From: Phoronis australis
Taxonomy: Eukaryota; Animalia; Phoronida
DNA: 64,000 nt
Direction: 5' to 3'
Assembly (NCBI GenBank): GCA_002633005.1
Contig: NMRA01000421.1
Span: forward strand, 76,171 to 140,170
The notes below the pieces were generated by a model. The model had not been told where the DNA came from. It saw only the letters and a program-made list of their open reading frames with translations, and ran no database searches. Below, piece after piece: positions 1-13,648 of this stretch; the first letter of the stretch is position 1, and each line of letters begins with the position of its first letter. The position numbers and the translations under genes were made by a program.

Positions 1-415
1 CTCAAACATGTACCTACCCACTGAATGTCCGTGAAAAAATTCCTCGTCACCACTGCTGTGAACAAGGTCTCCGTCACTCACACTACTGTCACTGTGATAC
101 GGGTCACCGACTCCAGCCATTTTCAGCTTACAGCACACTAAACAATCCCTAAATCCAACGTAGTTGAGTTCTCTACTAACCTATCTTGCCGCAGAATACT
201 CGCCGATGGAAAGTGGTGGCGACAATTGGTGAAAAATAGCACAAAACAAAAGTAGAATAGAACAGATTCGCACAGTAAGCTCAACGCAAAACCAAGTGGC
301 GGGAAGCGCTTGCCTCCTAAAACGTCACTTCCGGAAAAGCGGACGAGTAATTAATAAAATTACGAAAAGCTGTAATTAAGTGAAAAATATGTCTAGGATA
401 ACCAACCAACCTTAT

Positions 416-845
416 TTAGCTCAAAATGACATGGAAAAAGGTTGCCTTCGCCTTTAATATCGTAGATCTCCTGAAGGCTTGGCTGAGGGAAGATGGAGTA
501 GTGTATATTTTACTTTGCCGCAGTCCTGGTCTTGTGTTAAGTCTTTTGTAGGAGTCAAAGAGGATTTCGTTTAAATAATTGTTTATGTCGTTTAACACTT
601 CTTAATGTATGCACGGAGAGGTGGTTGCTCCAGTTGAGACTGTTTAGAACCTTGATTGTGTTGGATCTTTTGTATGCCCCGGTTATGGCTAAAGCTGCTT
701 GGTATCGTAGTCTTTCTATTTGAAGAAGTAAATGTATGCCAGCGTTTGCCGATTGGTAGATTATGTCACAGTAATTTAGATGTGAAAGACTTGAGCAGAG
801 TTTCAAGATGCATGGAGTTGAGATGACGAGAGACAATTCCAACTG
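416..845 (-). mobile_element. LINE (CR1/L2-like) RT C-terminal fragment
   Basis: HLNYCDIIY...IERLRYQAALAITGAYKRSNTIKVLNSLNW resembles the post-RT thumb region of CR1/L2-group ORF2. Confidence 0.65.
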
Positions 846-1428
846 GACTGATTAACCCTCAGGGGCCCAAATTAATTTCAAATTGATTAAAAAATATGAT
901 GTTCCTCTAGAACATTTCTTATATGCTTAAAAACAAATTGTATGGTCAAAAAATTTTTTCGCTTGCTAATTAATTTTTCGTAATTGTTCCACCGGTGACC
1001 CACCGGGACTTGAGGGTCGAAAAAAGAGCAAATATTGGTCAATTTTTATTAATGTTTATTACGAAGTATTCAGAATACAATGAATATACATAACCCAGAA
1101 AGCGCCAAGAGCATTAGATCTGGTTTAAAAAATACAAAGATGTCTATACACGAGTACATCAATAAAAAATCGATGTTAAGATTACAATGATATATGAGTA
1201 CGAATATAAATAGTTCATTTTCATACACATTTATAGATGTACAATTCTATCCACTCACACAAAGAGATTTAATATTTTAAAGGAGTTCTGATACTATATC
1301 GAATAAAACCTTTTGTTGTACAATTGCAGAATTTCAGAATATTTTTGTAAACATTGGGGTATTGTTCAAGTGTCTGGAAAAGCAGTACCCTCTGCTCCTT
1401 GCATACCACTTTTATTTCAACTTCAGAA

Positions 1429-1664
1429 AGGTGAGGTGTTAGAACGGTGAGGTGTTAGAATGGTGAGGGGTTAGAATGGTGAGGGGTTAGAACAGTGAGT
1501 TGTTAGAACATTGAGGTGTTAAAAAGTGAGGTGTTAGAACAGTGAGGTGTTAGAACAGTGATGTGTTAGAACAGTGAGGTGTTACAACAGTGAGGTGTTA
1601 GAACAGTGAGGTGTTAGAACAGTATGATGTTAGAACAGTGAGGTGTTAGAACAGTGAGGTGTTA
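1429..1664. repeat. 16-bp minisatellite (AGAACAGTGAGGTGTT)n, ~14 copies
   Basis: Tandem units read directly from the sequence. Confidence 0.95.
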
Positions 1665-2094
1665 AGTGTTGAAGTTTGAAGGAATACTAGCACGTTGAGA
1701 ATAAAAAGATGTAATACAGAGAATTCAAATTTAACAAGTCACTCTTGAAGACGATTTGTTTTCAAGAAAAAATAATCGGAGGCAATTAATTCATTTAATC
1801 CGGTAAGAAGAAACGAAAATTGTGAGTCCCCGAGGGGATTTTGCTGGCTTTTTACGAATTTTTCTTCCGATGAATTGACTGAGTGGTTGATGAAGTAAAT
1901 TACTTGTAACTGTAGTACGATTCAGAAATTCAAATGTATCCCTCAAAATGGACATTCGGAGTCACTGTCTCTCTGCTCAAGTCGGGGAATAGAAGAATAA
2001 GTACAGTAACAGCCGAACATCAGTGGTGCAGGAAGCTTGAAATGTTTTCTAATTGTTTATGAAATTGTAATTATGGTTCATCTGGATGTCTTGA

Positions 2095-2890
2095 GGCAAC
2101 AACAACAACAACTTTATTGAATACAAGGTCAATGACCCATAGATTCCATTTAATACAATAATAATGACAACACCAGCAGATACGCTGCAAACCACCTATG
2201 TACTATACATACACATGGCCTAGTTGCAATAGGTTACAATGCAACCAATTCGTCACGCAACAAGATTGTCTTTTTTATGCATAAAAACGAAATTTTTGTG
2301 TTTGATTTGTTTTGTGAATAATGCTCTTAAACGAGCCATGCTTGGAGGACTTTACAATTTGCTGGTAACTTGAACTGGCTGTACTGTACAGTTTGCAGTA
2401 TTTCCCGTCGGTTATCTATGCATCTTCAAAATGGTGTCATTCAAGATCATTTTTCTGCAATGTCACGAACGTAAGATCACCCGTCAAGAAATTGTGGAGA
2501 ACACGTCAATTCGGTACGTAGGGCACGATATGCTGCGATGAAAAGTATTGGAGTCTCTTTAGATTGCATTTGAGAAGGCTGTGTATGTCACCAGCTTATG
2601 CTCTGTGGTGGCCTTACGGCGCCATTTTATTTCCACTTGAGAATGAAACAAGTATGTTTCGAAATATCGTGTACCTTTTAATCATGTCTCTTGGTCAGTT
2701 CCCTCACCATCGTTCCGTTGAGTGTAGAGTTTTATTCCGAACCTATGAATGAAACGGAATAAAGACTGTCAGTAACGAAAAGTGTCGTGTGTTTAATCAG
2801 TTCAATTTGCTGGTAAGAAAACTTCTCCTCAGATCAGTCGGTATAGGGCATACAAAAAGAAAGTGAAATTTTGAACTTTGACAGTCGATG
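2095..2890 (-). mobile_element. Highly decayed LINE 3' fragments
   Basis: FHFLFVCPIPTDLRRSFL (C-terminal CCHC-like region of LINE ORF2) and an AATAAA(GTT)n tail at ~2097-2118 on the minus strand. Confidence 0.45.
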
Positions 2891-4732
2891 TGTGTACTTA
2901 CAGTGATGTTATCTGCCTCAATAGTTGTCAGGCTTCTATGCAGTCTGACGTCTATACAAATTACATAATTGTTCTTCTCTCTAGACATTATTTCGTCTAC
3001 CTATTTCTATATTTAACTTTGAGGGCTGCACCTAAAATTTGCAAGAGCAAATTTAAGTGGACAAGTATGGCTCAAACTGGAAGTCGGTCATAATATTAGA
3101 ATAAAAGTAGTATTTTCTCGAATTCTGCCATTACTGCAACTAAATCTATGCATTCTTCAATCTTTCCTTAAATTCAGTATCTTCGTCACCAACACCTTGA
3201 AACAAGCAAACAAAATAAATTATGTTTCAAACAGTAAGCTTCTCACCGTAGAACATCAGTTTCTTCGACCACGATCTTCATGTTGCTTTAACTTTTCATG
3301 GTTTTGGTGACCTATTTCCTGGCCTTTTAGCTTACTTTAAAAAGTATTCAATATAGGTTCACACTCTGATGTGTCCAAACTTTGTCTGTCACAGTCTTAA
3401 CATGCAATAACATTGGCTGCTTTCTTGTCATTGCGGAATAACCATTTGCAAAATTGATCTTTAAAAAGTTCTATTTCCTTAGCTTGACAAGTTCCCTATA
3501 TTTCAACTGCATAGTTCAGGATATGGAGGACCAGAGAGTCCAAGAGCTTAAACGGAATGAAGACCATGCACGTTGTCATTTGCAATGGTTATTTCATCAG
3601 CAAAGAATATCAAACGGGTTTCAACAAAATCAGGATTTACAAAGATGCCACCTCGACCTTCATTTCTCAACATTATAGCAAATACGTTTAATTACGACAC
3701 AAAAGGAATAGGACAAAACATACAACCTTATCTCACTCCAGAATAACAATCGAAAGATCGGCCTTTGTTTGCCTTAACCTTTGCTCTAACATGGCTATAA
3801 AGGTCACGGATACTTTTAAACATGGCACTATTTATACCATCAAGCGAAGTCACTGTAAGCACAATAAAAAGATTTTGCTGTAGCACCTGTCAAGTATTCC
3901 TCTACCATTGCATGAAGGGTGAATATGTTATCAACTGTGTATTATCCTTTTCTGAAACCTGCCTCTTCCTCGACCAGTGAACAATTTTCTTTTACAAATG
4001 ACGTCAGTCGTGAGTTCAGAATGGAAGCGCACATTTTACTTCAGAACATTCGACAATGATATGCCGCTTTAGTTTCCAGGATTTTTGAGTCCCCTTTCCA
4101 AATAAATGTATTATTTCACCTGTGGACCATTTGACATTGAGTTTACCTGTACAAAACACTTTTATCATACGAGCAATATTTGGATAGACAAATACTCGTA
4201 GAACTCAGTTTCAATCGCCAGGTATTTGCCATTTTTATTATGTCTATTGCTAACCATATTTCTTGCTCGGTGATCACTGGGAATGAAGCAAGACTATATC
4301 ACGTCTCCATTGGTCAGATTTTCACTAACAGTCTTGAAACACCTATCGTTAAGGGCTTTATTTCTAATGTCACTGCTGGTGTTGTTTGCAGAAGTGGCTA
4401 GAAATTTAGGACACAATTTGAAAATGCAGAGATTGTTGGTTCATTTGTCAAAATTTTAATCATTGAATTGAGAAATGGAGGTTTCTTTCAAGCCTATCAA
4501 AATTGATTTTTCGTGAGAAATTCGATTGAAAAGTATGATCAAACTACAAATAATTTTTCGGCTAAAGGAATATGTACAGGTATCCCAAAACGTATAACAG
4601 AGCAAACTTGATAACCGGTATTTAATTAGTTGAGCCTGAGATGGAATTTGTTACTCGTAATGGAACAAAAATCTTAGGTCATCCTATACGAGTGACAGTG
4701 TTTGAGGTTTAAGAGTTATGAATTAACATTAA

Positions 4733-5726
4733 AGTCCTTCTCTCAAACTGCCCATGTGGTTCCAGTATCCGAAAATACTTACTACATAAATTCTTATTTT
4801 CGACACCCTTTCTTTATATTCTTTTCGCCTTTCTNAGTAAAAATCGAAAAAGTATCAAAATCGGGGCAAGCACTGTAAAGTTATTGCAAGTTTTGTGGCG
4901 AAATTTGGGTCACTTTGTTTGGATCGCGTCGGCCATATTGGAGGACAGCGGGATGAGTTACGAGTTTAAAACTTTGTGTCAATTGTTTTCGCCAACAAAT
5001 TACGGTGAAATTTAGTTAGACATATCTTTACGTACTATTCTGCACGATTTAGCAGTGTTCACCAAATTTCAGCCTCGCAGTTGTTACTCATTAAGTGATA
5101 AATGTGCTCACAATTCCCGTTGGACTTCGTCTCATTTCTGGCGGCACCGACAATGGTGACTTTTGCTGAACTTAGTGAAAGGCATGTTCAATCGGCTACT
5201 TTGTAATTTGTGAAGATTTAACGTTGATACATTTTGACAAAGTTGCTACAAAAAAGAAACTTTGTTCAATTTTCCTGTTTTTTGTGTTTGTGGCCAGCGA
5301 CCAGTTAGGCCTAAGGGTAGCCTTGGCGCAAAGCTGTATAGTCCTACTAACAAGCTGTATTTTGACTATAGTCTTCACTGGTAGCTGGTGACTGAGGCTA
5401 ACTAAGGTCTGCCGCGGCAGTGTGACACAGGACTAACCAGCCCGTAATTTCATGCAAGTGTCTGAAACTACCCTTGAACAGTACAGGCATTGCTCCAGTC
5501 GCACTGACGGCGTTTTCGCGGCCTGAGTTCCTGAATGAATTGTACTTCCGGGTTCGCGGCAAGTTCAAAATGGCGGTGTTTCTTCGGGTGCGAATCGTGA
5601 GTGGCGCGTTCATTTAAACTTTTTTCGAGTACGGATCGTGTATTAGTTATGGGGTAGGTACTTCTTGGATCCGTATAACATCTTCTAACCATGTAATAAG
5701 GGTTAACAACGCGTGAGAGAAGGACT
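4733..5726. mobile_element. Non-autonomous Kolobok-like DNA transposon, copy 1
   Basis: TTAA|AGTCCTTCTCTCA ... TGAGAGAAGGACT|TTAA: TTAA target site with AG...CT termini. Contains a single-N join at 4835. Confidence 0.75.
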
Positions 5727-8234
5727 TTAACTTGAATCGATGTGAAACCTGAATGAAGTTCACATTTTGTGCATGGGTAAGACACCTATGAATGAATCTG
5801 ACTCCATTCAGTACCAGTTTCAGAAAGCGTAACCAGCAGCACATCGCAAACAATATGACTGCATAGAGTTCTTTCTGAGGACAGTGTTTACTTTTCATGT
5901 GTGGGACTTCACAGAGGTGGACGTGGCCTAACCGTCGGAACGATCTGTTGTCAATCTGATAAACAAGGGAACACAGTTCTCTGTCGGACCCGCTAACATG
6001 TTCTCTTGAAGCTATGTATTACTTTATCGAGAAGCCTGTGCATTTAGCTAAATATATGCAAAATTTGGAATTTAAGTCAGTAAACTTATATATTTGACCT
6101 GAAAAACGACTGCCACGTGAACGGCTGGAGATGCTAGTGTTTTTTCGGTAGAGGTTGGCTGCTGGAGTTTTCCGGCCAGCTCATTCACCACTATGGCAAG
6201 GTTTCTTGGCGTCTGTGTTTAGGGAAAGAAGGCTCCCCTAAGCGATGTGGCCACCGAAGCTGAACTGTCATCTTGTTGGATTTGGATGGAGCACCAGCAG
6301 CAACAACCGTCAGTTAGAGCCTGATGAACTGTGTTGTCCCGCCCATTAGAGATGGTCTTCATTTAGGGAAAATCCCATTAAGGACAGTAAGAGACCAACT
6401 GAAGATGAACTCTGAGCACAGTATCATCAATTGCTTAACGTAATTTCAAGTTTTAATGAAAGTAGAAAGCCATAAAATCTGATGTTTGACATCAAACTAA
6501 TCTACCATTTTGGGAGAAAACATTTTTAAAAAGGAAGCATCATTGCCAAACAACAGCACCAATAGTTTAACGAAATTTCAAACGATATACATGAAAAACA
6601 CGAAATCTCAAACACGTTATTACATTTCTTAATTTATCATTTCTTTATCGTTTTATGCAACTTTTAAATTTTTCCATAAAAATCATAATACCCATCACAA
6701 CAGTAAGTAAAGTGTGCCAAATTATGCATTCAAAAAGGTACAAAGATTTTCATTTAGTGTCCGTGTACCCGCACGGGATATTTTATCCACCATTTGTTAC
6801 TGCAGCTGCGCACCAATGGTAATATTGATAATGGCGGTAATTAAATTGAGGCAAATGTGCAAATCAATAATATCTCATTAAAATAAACAAGTGTGCATCA
6901 ATTCTCCTGGCATCAATTCAACGTCAATGTACATGTAATTACTGACAGACTATTTCAATGCTGCCGGGAAATTACCGTGCTAACTGTCACGCTTAGACTT
7001 TTGCGTTTAAAAGTACACCTTGAACTTTGCAATGTATAAGAAGTCAACTATTCTCCCTAAACTCACGCATTATACCCATAAATTATGAGCTAAGAAATAA
7101 TGAAAAATATAGTTTTTCTTCTGATTTGCAAAACGTGCCTACATGTATTTAACTGATGACTCTTCGAAAGTAGCTGCTTCCGAGTGGCTATCTTTTTAAA
7201 GCCTACCTTGAAATATTACTTGTACGTTAGTTCCTACAATACTTTCAAAGGATTTTAAATCCTGATTTGGCCATTTCAACCAAGTCGCAATCTGTCCCCT
7301 GCCAATGCACCATTGGCATCTCATTGAGTGAAAACATGTGTTGTGTTCTGGGCGCTGGGCAAAATTTTAGGGCTTCCAGAAAATATTATTTGTGAATATT
7401 TAAAGAAGGCAATTCTGTTTTGGCGTTTGTTAATTCATTCACTAGTGTGTTTTCAAAATCTAAGAGCTTCCCGCCTATGAATTTGCAAATTGTTGACACT
7501 TTGACTTGATTACGTAACAGTCACCAACAAGCTTACAAATCATATGTTTGTAAAAATAACATTTTTCCTACGTTTCTTTGTAAAACATGTCACCAGGTCT
7601 CATCACTATTATTGTGTTTGGCAATAATACACTCACATTACATGTGGATAATTTGCAAACTGTGAAATTTCAAAAATGTAAAGTGACCCCTACTGACAGA
7701 AACGTGAATTAAGTCTGGATTTTACTAGGAGGTTAGTCCGGCATTGTTTGGCAAACAAAATAACACAGCGTACTTTAGAATGGTCAAAAATTTTCTTCAG
7801 TGACTATAGCTTTGGTTAACGAAATATAATGCAACTTGTTTGCATCTTTTATGCCAGAAATATGCTAAGCAAAAACAAACGCAACATAGTTGCATGATCT
7901 TTGTGAATGTGTACACTGACGGTATGAAATGGGTTATTCTGAGTGTCTAGCAAGCGGTATCAAAGTATATACTTGTTATGACTAAATCACTGTGATGTAG
8001 AATAAATCTCACAGCACACACTTTTTAACACAATGAAATGCAACGAAATGTCGAGGTTGATGAAGCTGCCGATCTATCTACAATGGTTGTCTTAAAATAT
8101 ATCATCTTTATTTTCACCATCACAGTCCAAAGTTATGTACTCAATCTCGCTGATGTTAGTAAAGTTCTCCCAACTGTACAATTCTGTACAGTTTAGCCCA
8201 GCATTGCCGAGCAAACAGTTTCCCCGCATGCGTG

Positions 8235-8386
8235 GCACACCATAGGAGGCTGGGGGGCTATAGCACCACTTTTTTCAGTGCTACGCCGCACGTGGTTTAT
8301 AGGCGGTGCACCACAGGGGGTTGAGGGGGGTTTATCCCCCCTATTTTCAGTGCTGCGCCGCCCATGCCCCGCCCATGCTCTATGAA
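8235..8386. repeat. Short GC-rich MITE-like repeat, related to 60890-61023
   Basis: Shares TTTTCAGTGCTGCGCCG, TATAGGCGG(T/C)GCACCACA and ...GCGCCGCCCATG motifs with the copy at 60890-61023, with the body in opposite orientation. Confidence 0.55.
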
Positions 8387-9408
8387 ACCCGTCTCTATTG
8401 ACATCTTCATGTGCACCAATCATGATAAGGTTTATTGAACTACCCCCATGCCATCACGCTGTTGGTAAGTTTCACAAGCTGGCGAAGCGTTCCCGTTCGC
8501 ACTTTCGCTAGCACTAAAGCGCCACTTTTGATGGAACTTCGCTGGAGGTTTAAGTTGGCCAAAGCTATTGCCGTTTTTGCTAGTATTTGTAGCCAGCCGG
8601 CTTACTTCAAAGGACAAACATGAGCACACATAAGTCGGATTTTATTTTACCTTTTTCTAGAAAACTAAACAGACGTGACATTAAAGCACAATGACATTAG
8701 ATCGTGAAAAACGTGAGAGATAACATATCTGCTTATATGGGTGACGGGTGACTTTATTGGTATTGAGGCCGGTTACATAAGCTAGGATCAAAACTCGATA
8801 GATACATGTAGTAGGTCCCTTTTTCTGCAACCTAGGCCAAATATTTGGAGTTTTTGTTTCAAAGTGGAAAACTTATTTTAATAAACTAATAGACGAAAAT
8901 AGAAGAACTTGGATGACTTTAAAATATGTCAATTACTGTATTATGCATCTGGCCCTATAACCGACGACATATTTCCCCCACACATGTTACTACATGTATA
9001 ACAAGTATTATGCATGCGCGCACCCATCCTCCAGTTTGGGGGGGGCTCGAACTTCTGACCAAGTGGACTTTTGTCTCGTTTCCACGGACTTTTTGTTTGT
9101 TTCTCTGAGGCTGACCTTTTTGCCCACTTCGCCAAATGGTGGGCTCGTTCGAGCCCCTGAGCCCCCTGGGTGCGCGCATGAAATGAATATATAATGTGTT
9201 CATCCTCCAGCCGTTAACTACAGACAGCTTCAAATATCTATTATGTAATTAGACTTGTATGTTCTAGACTAGGTCTTAGACAGAAGTCAAAAAGAAAATG
9301 GAAGTCGCCAAGATAGTGATCCACTCCAATGCAATTGATTGCTCCTTTGGGCAACGAGATATATTTATACATACTCACGCACGCACCAACGTACACAAAC
9401 AAGCTTAA

Positions 9409-10836
9409 AGTCCTTCTCTCACGCGTTGTTAACCCGTATTACATGGTTAGAAGATGTTATAAGGATCCAAGAAGTATCTACCCCATAACTAATACACGAT
9501 CCGTACTCGAAAACAGTTTAAATGAACGCGCCACTCACGATTCGCACCCGAAGAAACACCGCCATTTTGAACTTGCCGCGAACCCGGAAGTACAATACAA
9601 TTGATTCAGGAACCCAGGCCCAGAAAACGCCGTCAGTGCGACTGGAGCAGTGCCTGTACTGTTACCAGCCAGCAAACGGGGATAAAAAATCGACAGCGCG
9701 CCTTAATTTTGATAAAATCAAACTACGGACAANNNNNNNNNNNNNNNNNNNNNNNNNNNNNNNNNNNNNNNNNNNNNNNNNNNNNNNNNNNNNNNNNNNN
9801 NNNNNNNNNNNNNNNNNNNNNNNNNNNNNNNNNNNNNNNNNNNNNNNNNNNNNNNNNNNNNNNNNNNNNNNNNNNNNNNNNNNNNNNNNNNNNNNNNNNN
9901 NNNNNNNNNNNNNNNNNNNNNNNNNNNNNNNNNNNNNNNNNNNNNNNNNNNNNNNNNNNNNNNNNNNNNNNNNNNNNNNNNNNNNNNNNNNNNNNNNNNN
10001 NNNNNNNNNNNNNNNNNNNNNNNNNNNNNNNNNNNNNNNNNNNNNNNNNNNNNNNNNNNNNNNNNNNNNNNNNNNNNNNNNNNNNNNNNNNNNNNNNNNN
10101 NNNNNNNNNNNNNNNNNNNNNNNNNNNNNNNNNNNNNNNNNNNNNNNNNNNNNNNNNNNNNNNNNNNNNNNNNNNNNNNNNNNNNNNNNNNNNNNNNNNN
10201 NNNNNNNNNNNNNNNNNNNNNNNNNNNNNNNNNNNNNNNNNNNNNNNNNNNNNNNNNNNNNNNNNNNNNNNNNNNNNNNNNNNNNNNNNNNNNNNNNNNN
10301 NNNNNNNNNNNNNNNNNNNNNNNNNNNNNNNNNNNNNNNNNNNNNNNNNNNNNNNNNNNNNNNNNNNNNNNAAAAAATTGGTTCGACCCATATTGGTTCC
10401 TAGGTTCGACCCGCCTACGTAAGGAACTAAACACCAATGCTATTTTAACATACTAAGTACGCGTAACATTCCAAAAAAATCAACGACCACAAACTACAAA
10501 CTATAAATACACTACATATGCAAACGAATCACGATATATTACTAATAAAACAAAATAATGAAGACTTTTCGAGCAAGCCATAGCACATTCAGTTACAAGG
10601 AAAAAATGGCGGCGTTCAGGACAAGTTTCTGAACTGATGAGCCGGAAATGTGGGTACGGAAATAACCGATGACAACCGGTAATCATACGCTCAGAGAGAA
10701 GGGTCAAATACTGTTAAAAAAATCGCTTTTGGCAAGAAAGGCGAAAAGAATATAAAGAAAGGGTGTCGAAAATAAGAATTTATGTAGTAAGTATTTTCGG
10801 ATACTGGAACTACATGGGCAGTTTGCAAGAAGGACT
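9409..10836. mobile_element. Non-autonomous Kolobok-like DNA transposon, copy 2, inverted relative to copy 1
   Basis: TTAA|AGTCCTTCTCTCACGCG ... GCAAGAAGGACT|TTAA. 9409-~9660 is the reverse complement of ~5478-5726, and ~10735-10836 is the reverse complement of 4733-4834. Confidence 0.75.
9733..10370. other. Assembly gap (N run)
   Basis: 638 consecutive N. Confidence 1.
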
Positions 10837-11419
10837 TTAAGTAAACATAAAAACATTAACTGCTGCTGTCGGAGTGCCGGTGGTAGTAATTATGAATTAC
10901 GAATATCAAGGTGATTTTTATTGAAACGAGTTCAAAATTACAGTTACAGTTGAAGTATTTTTCATTGTCACTTACCTGCAAATAAACCAGCCCATAGCCC
11001 GTTTAAAGCACGTCTACTTTTTATATTTTTATGCTATATTTTCACATCTCATCCAAAAAGTGACCCAAAACTATTCGTTTTTGTGCTTCCTGAGCGTGAA
11101 ATTGTTTTATTCAATAAACTACATATTGCTCAACTTCGGTGCTTTTCGGTTGCGCTTGTTTACCCGTGTGCGGCTTAGTTAAAACTCAGTTTAAAACGCC
11201 ACAACAGAGAGTACACGCACTTTGACTTAGGATCTAGTAATAGCATGGATATTCGAAAAACACATGGATTTGGAAAATTATGAAATGGAAGACTTGGCTG
11301 GTTCTAGCGAGAATCGTTGCAGATTATAGCAGCGCACTACTGCCCATGAGCATTGAGGTTTGCAAACGACATGACGGCTCGGCCGCAGTTGTTCTCAGGT
11401 GGCGCGCTGAACGCTTGTA

Positions 11420-13246
11420 GGACAATAGCAATGTACTGACAAACATGACGGCAGACGCATTTGCACATGAATGTGGAATAGCACGAGTTGGGCCGGATAG
11501 TAGATAGCCGAGTTTGGAACTGACGGCAGTAGGTCCATCACCGCGTATAACCGTGTCTTGCACAAAACTCTAGTAGCTGTCTGCGCCAATAAGAATATCC
11601 AAGGTGAATTGTCCATTTTGGCGGTAACTGTGGGCGAGGCGTAACCCTCCTAGGTGTGTGCAGCGTTTGAGGTCGGACATCTCAACGTGTAGAGGCGCAG
11701 TGAGGCGGGGGACAACAACTACTACCACTGGTATGCGTTCACCATTCAGGGTAGACACGTAAATTTCTGAGACGTCACAATCGGTCAATGATTGCCGGTC
11801 ACTGCCGAATGTTGTCACCTGAATTCTTTCCTTATGAGTGGGTCGCAGTTGTAACTGGGAGGCAAGATTTGCTGTGATGAATGGTCGTTGGGCGCCTTCA
11901 TCGAATAAAACATTAGTGGACGTCGAATGATGATGGCCATTCCTAACGCATGCAGTGGCTGTCTTGAGGAGTAAAGTATTATGACGAAAGATGAGTGACT
12001 GATGCGGCGGCATTGGTGTCACATCACGCTGAGAGTTGTCGTGGTGAGCGTGGTTACCAGAGGAACGGTCGGTCACGGGCGCGGTCCTAGTTTGGTTAGG
12101 TGCAGTGTTGTTGGAGTCTGAACAGAGACTAATGTGGTGTTACTTACCACAGGTGCGACATCGAAAACGCGATTTGCATACTGAGACCATATGATTTCCC
12201 AGGCAGTTAAAACATGCTTTGTTGTGTCGGATTTTGGCGAGCTTCTGGTCGTGTGACTGAGTGCAGTCGATAGTCTTGTGGGAGTTGTTGACACAGTAGA
12301 AGCATGACTTCAATGGCGGTTTGCGAATGGAATGCACTTGCAGATGCCGTCGGTGTTGTCATGGAATGCATGTAGGATGTCGAGTTCAGTTCGCAGAAAG
12401 TTTCGTAGCTGGTTGAGGGCTATGTCCAAGTTACCGTCGGTGCACCGTGCGATGGAACGTTTGGTGGAGAATGGCAGTTTGTTCATCAGAACTGGCACAA
12501 GTAGACTGCCATTGTACTGACGAGCCTATAGTGGAGAGTTGTCTTAATTTAGTTTCCAGCGTGTCGTACAAGGAGCGCAGTGTCGATGGGTGGTTGTCCG
12601 GGACGTCCAGTGTTGTACTGGACTCAATGAGGTTGGCTCGCAGTTTCGATGTACATCCATGCCGGTCTTGGAGGAGTTGGATCGCGATGGCGTAGTTAGT
12701 GTTGTCTATTAGGAGACCATCGATCAGTTGGTTGAAGTGCTTCGTCCATCAGCAGCGATTTGAGGTATACGAATTTTTGCACTGGTGGCAATGACTGCAA
12801 GTTTTGTATGCTGGCCTCGTACAGGTCCCAAAACGTTCGATATTCCAGGATATTTCCGCCAAATTTCTGCAGTTGTAACGTTGGCAGGAGAAAGGTGGAA
12901 GACGGTGTAGAACTGTGGTTGGGTGTTGAGGATATCGCTATTGCTGGTGGAGGCTGCTGTGTTGATGAGAAATTGAATTCAGCTATTTCCATTTGGATGT
13001 CTGTCACGTAGGATTCATCAGTGAGCATTTCCTTTGCTGGTTGCTCGTCGTTTTCTATTGCTTGGTGAATTTGGTCGTAGAGTTCCTTGACAGCATCCAG
13101 TTTATCATTCAGGGTATCCAGAAGTGGCGTTGCTTTGTGGGAGTAGTTCGGGAGGTGGGTGAGACGATGGATTAGCGTTGTGATTTGCCCCTTCTGAGCA
13201 GTCCGTTTTGCCTTTAGCTGTTTAACATCTATGAGACTAGAGTTGA
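11420..13246 (-). mobile_element. BEL/Pao LTR retrotransposon internal remnant (gag with zinc knuckles plus aspartic protease), frameshifted and truncated before RT
   Basis: DUF1759-like LPTLQLQKFGGNILEYRTFWDLY...QKFVYLKSLL. Three knuckles CFYC...H...C, CFNCLGNHMVSVC and CRTCGK*HH..LC. Protease region LLKTATA...VLFDEGAQRPFIT...LDILIGAD, then GPTAVSSKLGYLLSGP. Confidence 0.88.
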
Positions 13247-13260
13247 GGGTCACAGCACCA
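13247..13260 (-). promoter_or_regulatory. Primer-binding site of the BEL/Pao element (tRNA-His-like)
   Basis: TGGTGCTGTGACCC lies 6 nt after a ...CA LTR end and directly before gag. It resembles the complement of the tRNA-His 3' end (TGGTGCCGTGACTC). Confidence 0.7.
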
Positions 13261-13266
13261 AAAAGA

Positions 13267-13648
13267 TGTGGGTTATATTGTGTATGAATAAAAGCCGAGG
13301 TGGTTCGAAGAGAAAAATGCTTGTGTTCGGTATGATGTATTTAAAAGCTACTAGTGTGATAGTATAAGGATATAACATATACACTGTAGCATGCAAGTGA
13401 ACCTATTTGACCAATCAGAATGTGCGCCAAATATAAAACTAACCAATGGGGAAGATTAGCTTGGGCTGGGATGATTTGTAAATATATCTCAAGAGGTAGC
13501 AATTAGCAACTTTAAACTGAACATGTATAGGAAACACCTAAGCTAAACATATGTCAAGAGGTAACAATTAATAACTTTAAACTGAACATGTACAGTAAAT
13601 ACCTAAGCTAAATAAACCATGAAAACATGTCACAAACACATTCCAATA
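13267..13648 (-). mobile_element. Probable 5' LTR of the BEL/Pao element (distal boundary approximate)
   Basis: Ends in CA just before the PBS. Contains CCAAT-like boxes and an internal ~65-bp tandem duplication (~13488-13611). Confidence 0.55.

Noticed and set aside
852-1020. TTAA-CCCTC start resembling a piggyBac terminus
   Set aside because: No matching opposite terminus or transposase sequence found.
1429-1664. Regularly spaced repeats (also 50496-50730) as possible CRISPR arrays
   Set aside because: Head-to-tail units without unique spacers, eukaryotic context and no cas genes.
9522-10437. Long ORFs of 222-293 aa
   Set aside because: Artefacts of reading through the N gap.
10628-10670. 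CTGATGAG...GAAA as a possible hammerhead ribozyme
   Set aside because: No stem II closing onto GAAA and no compatible stem I/III pairing.
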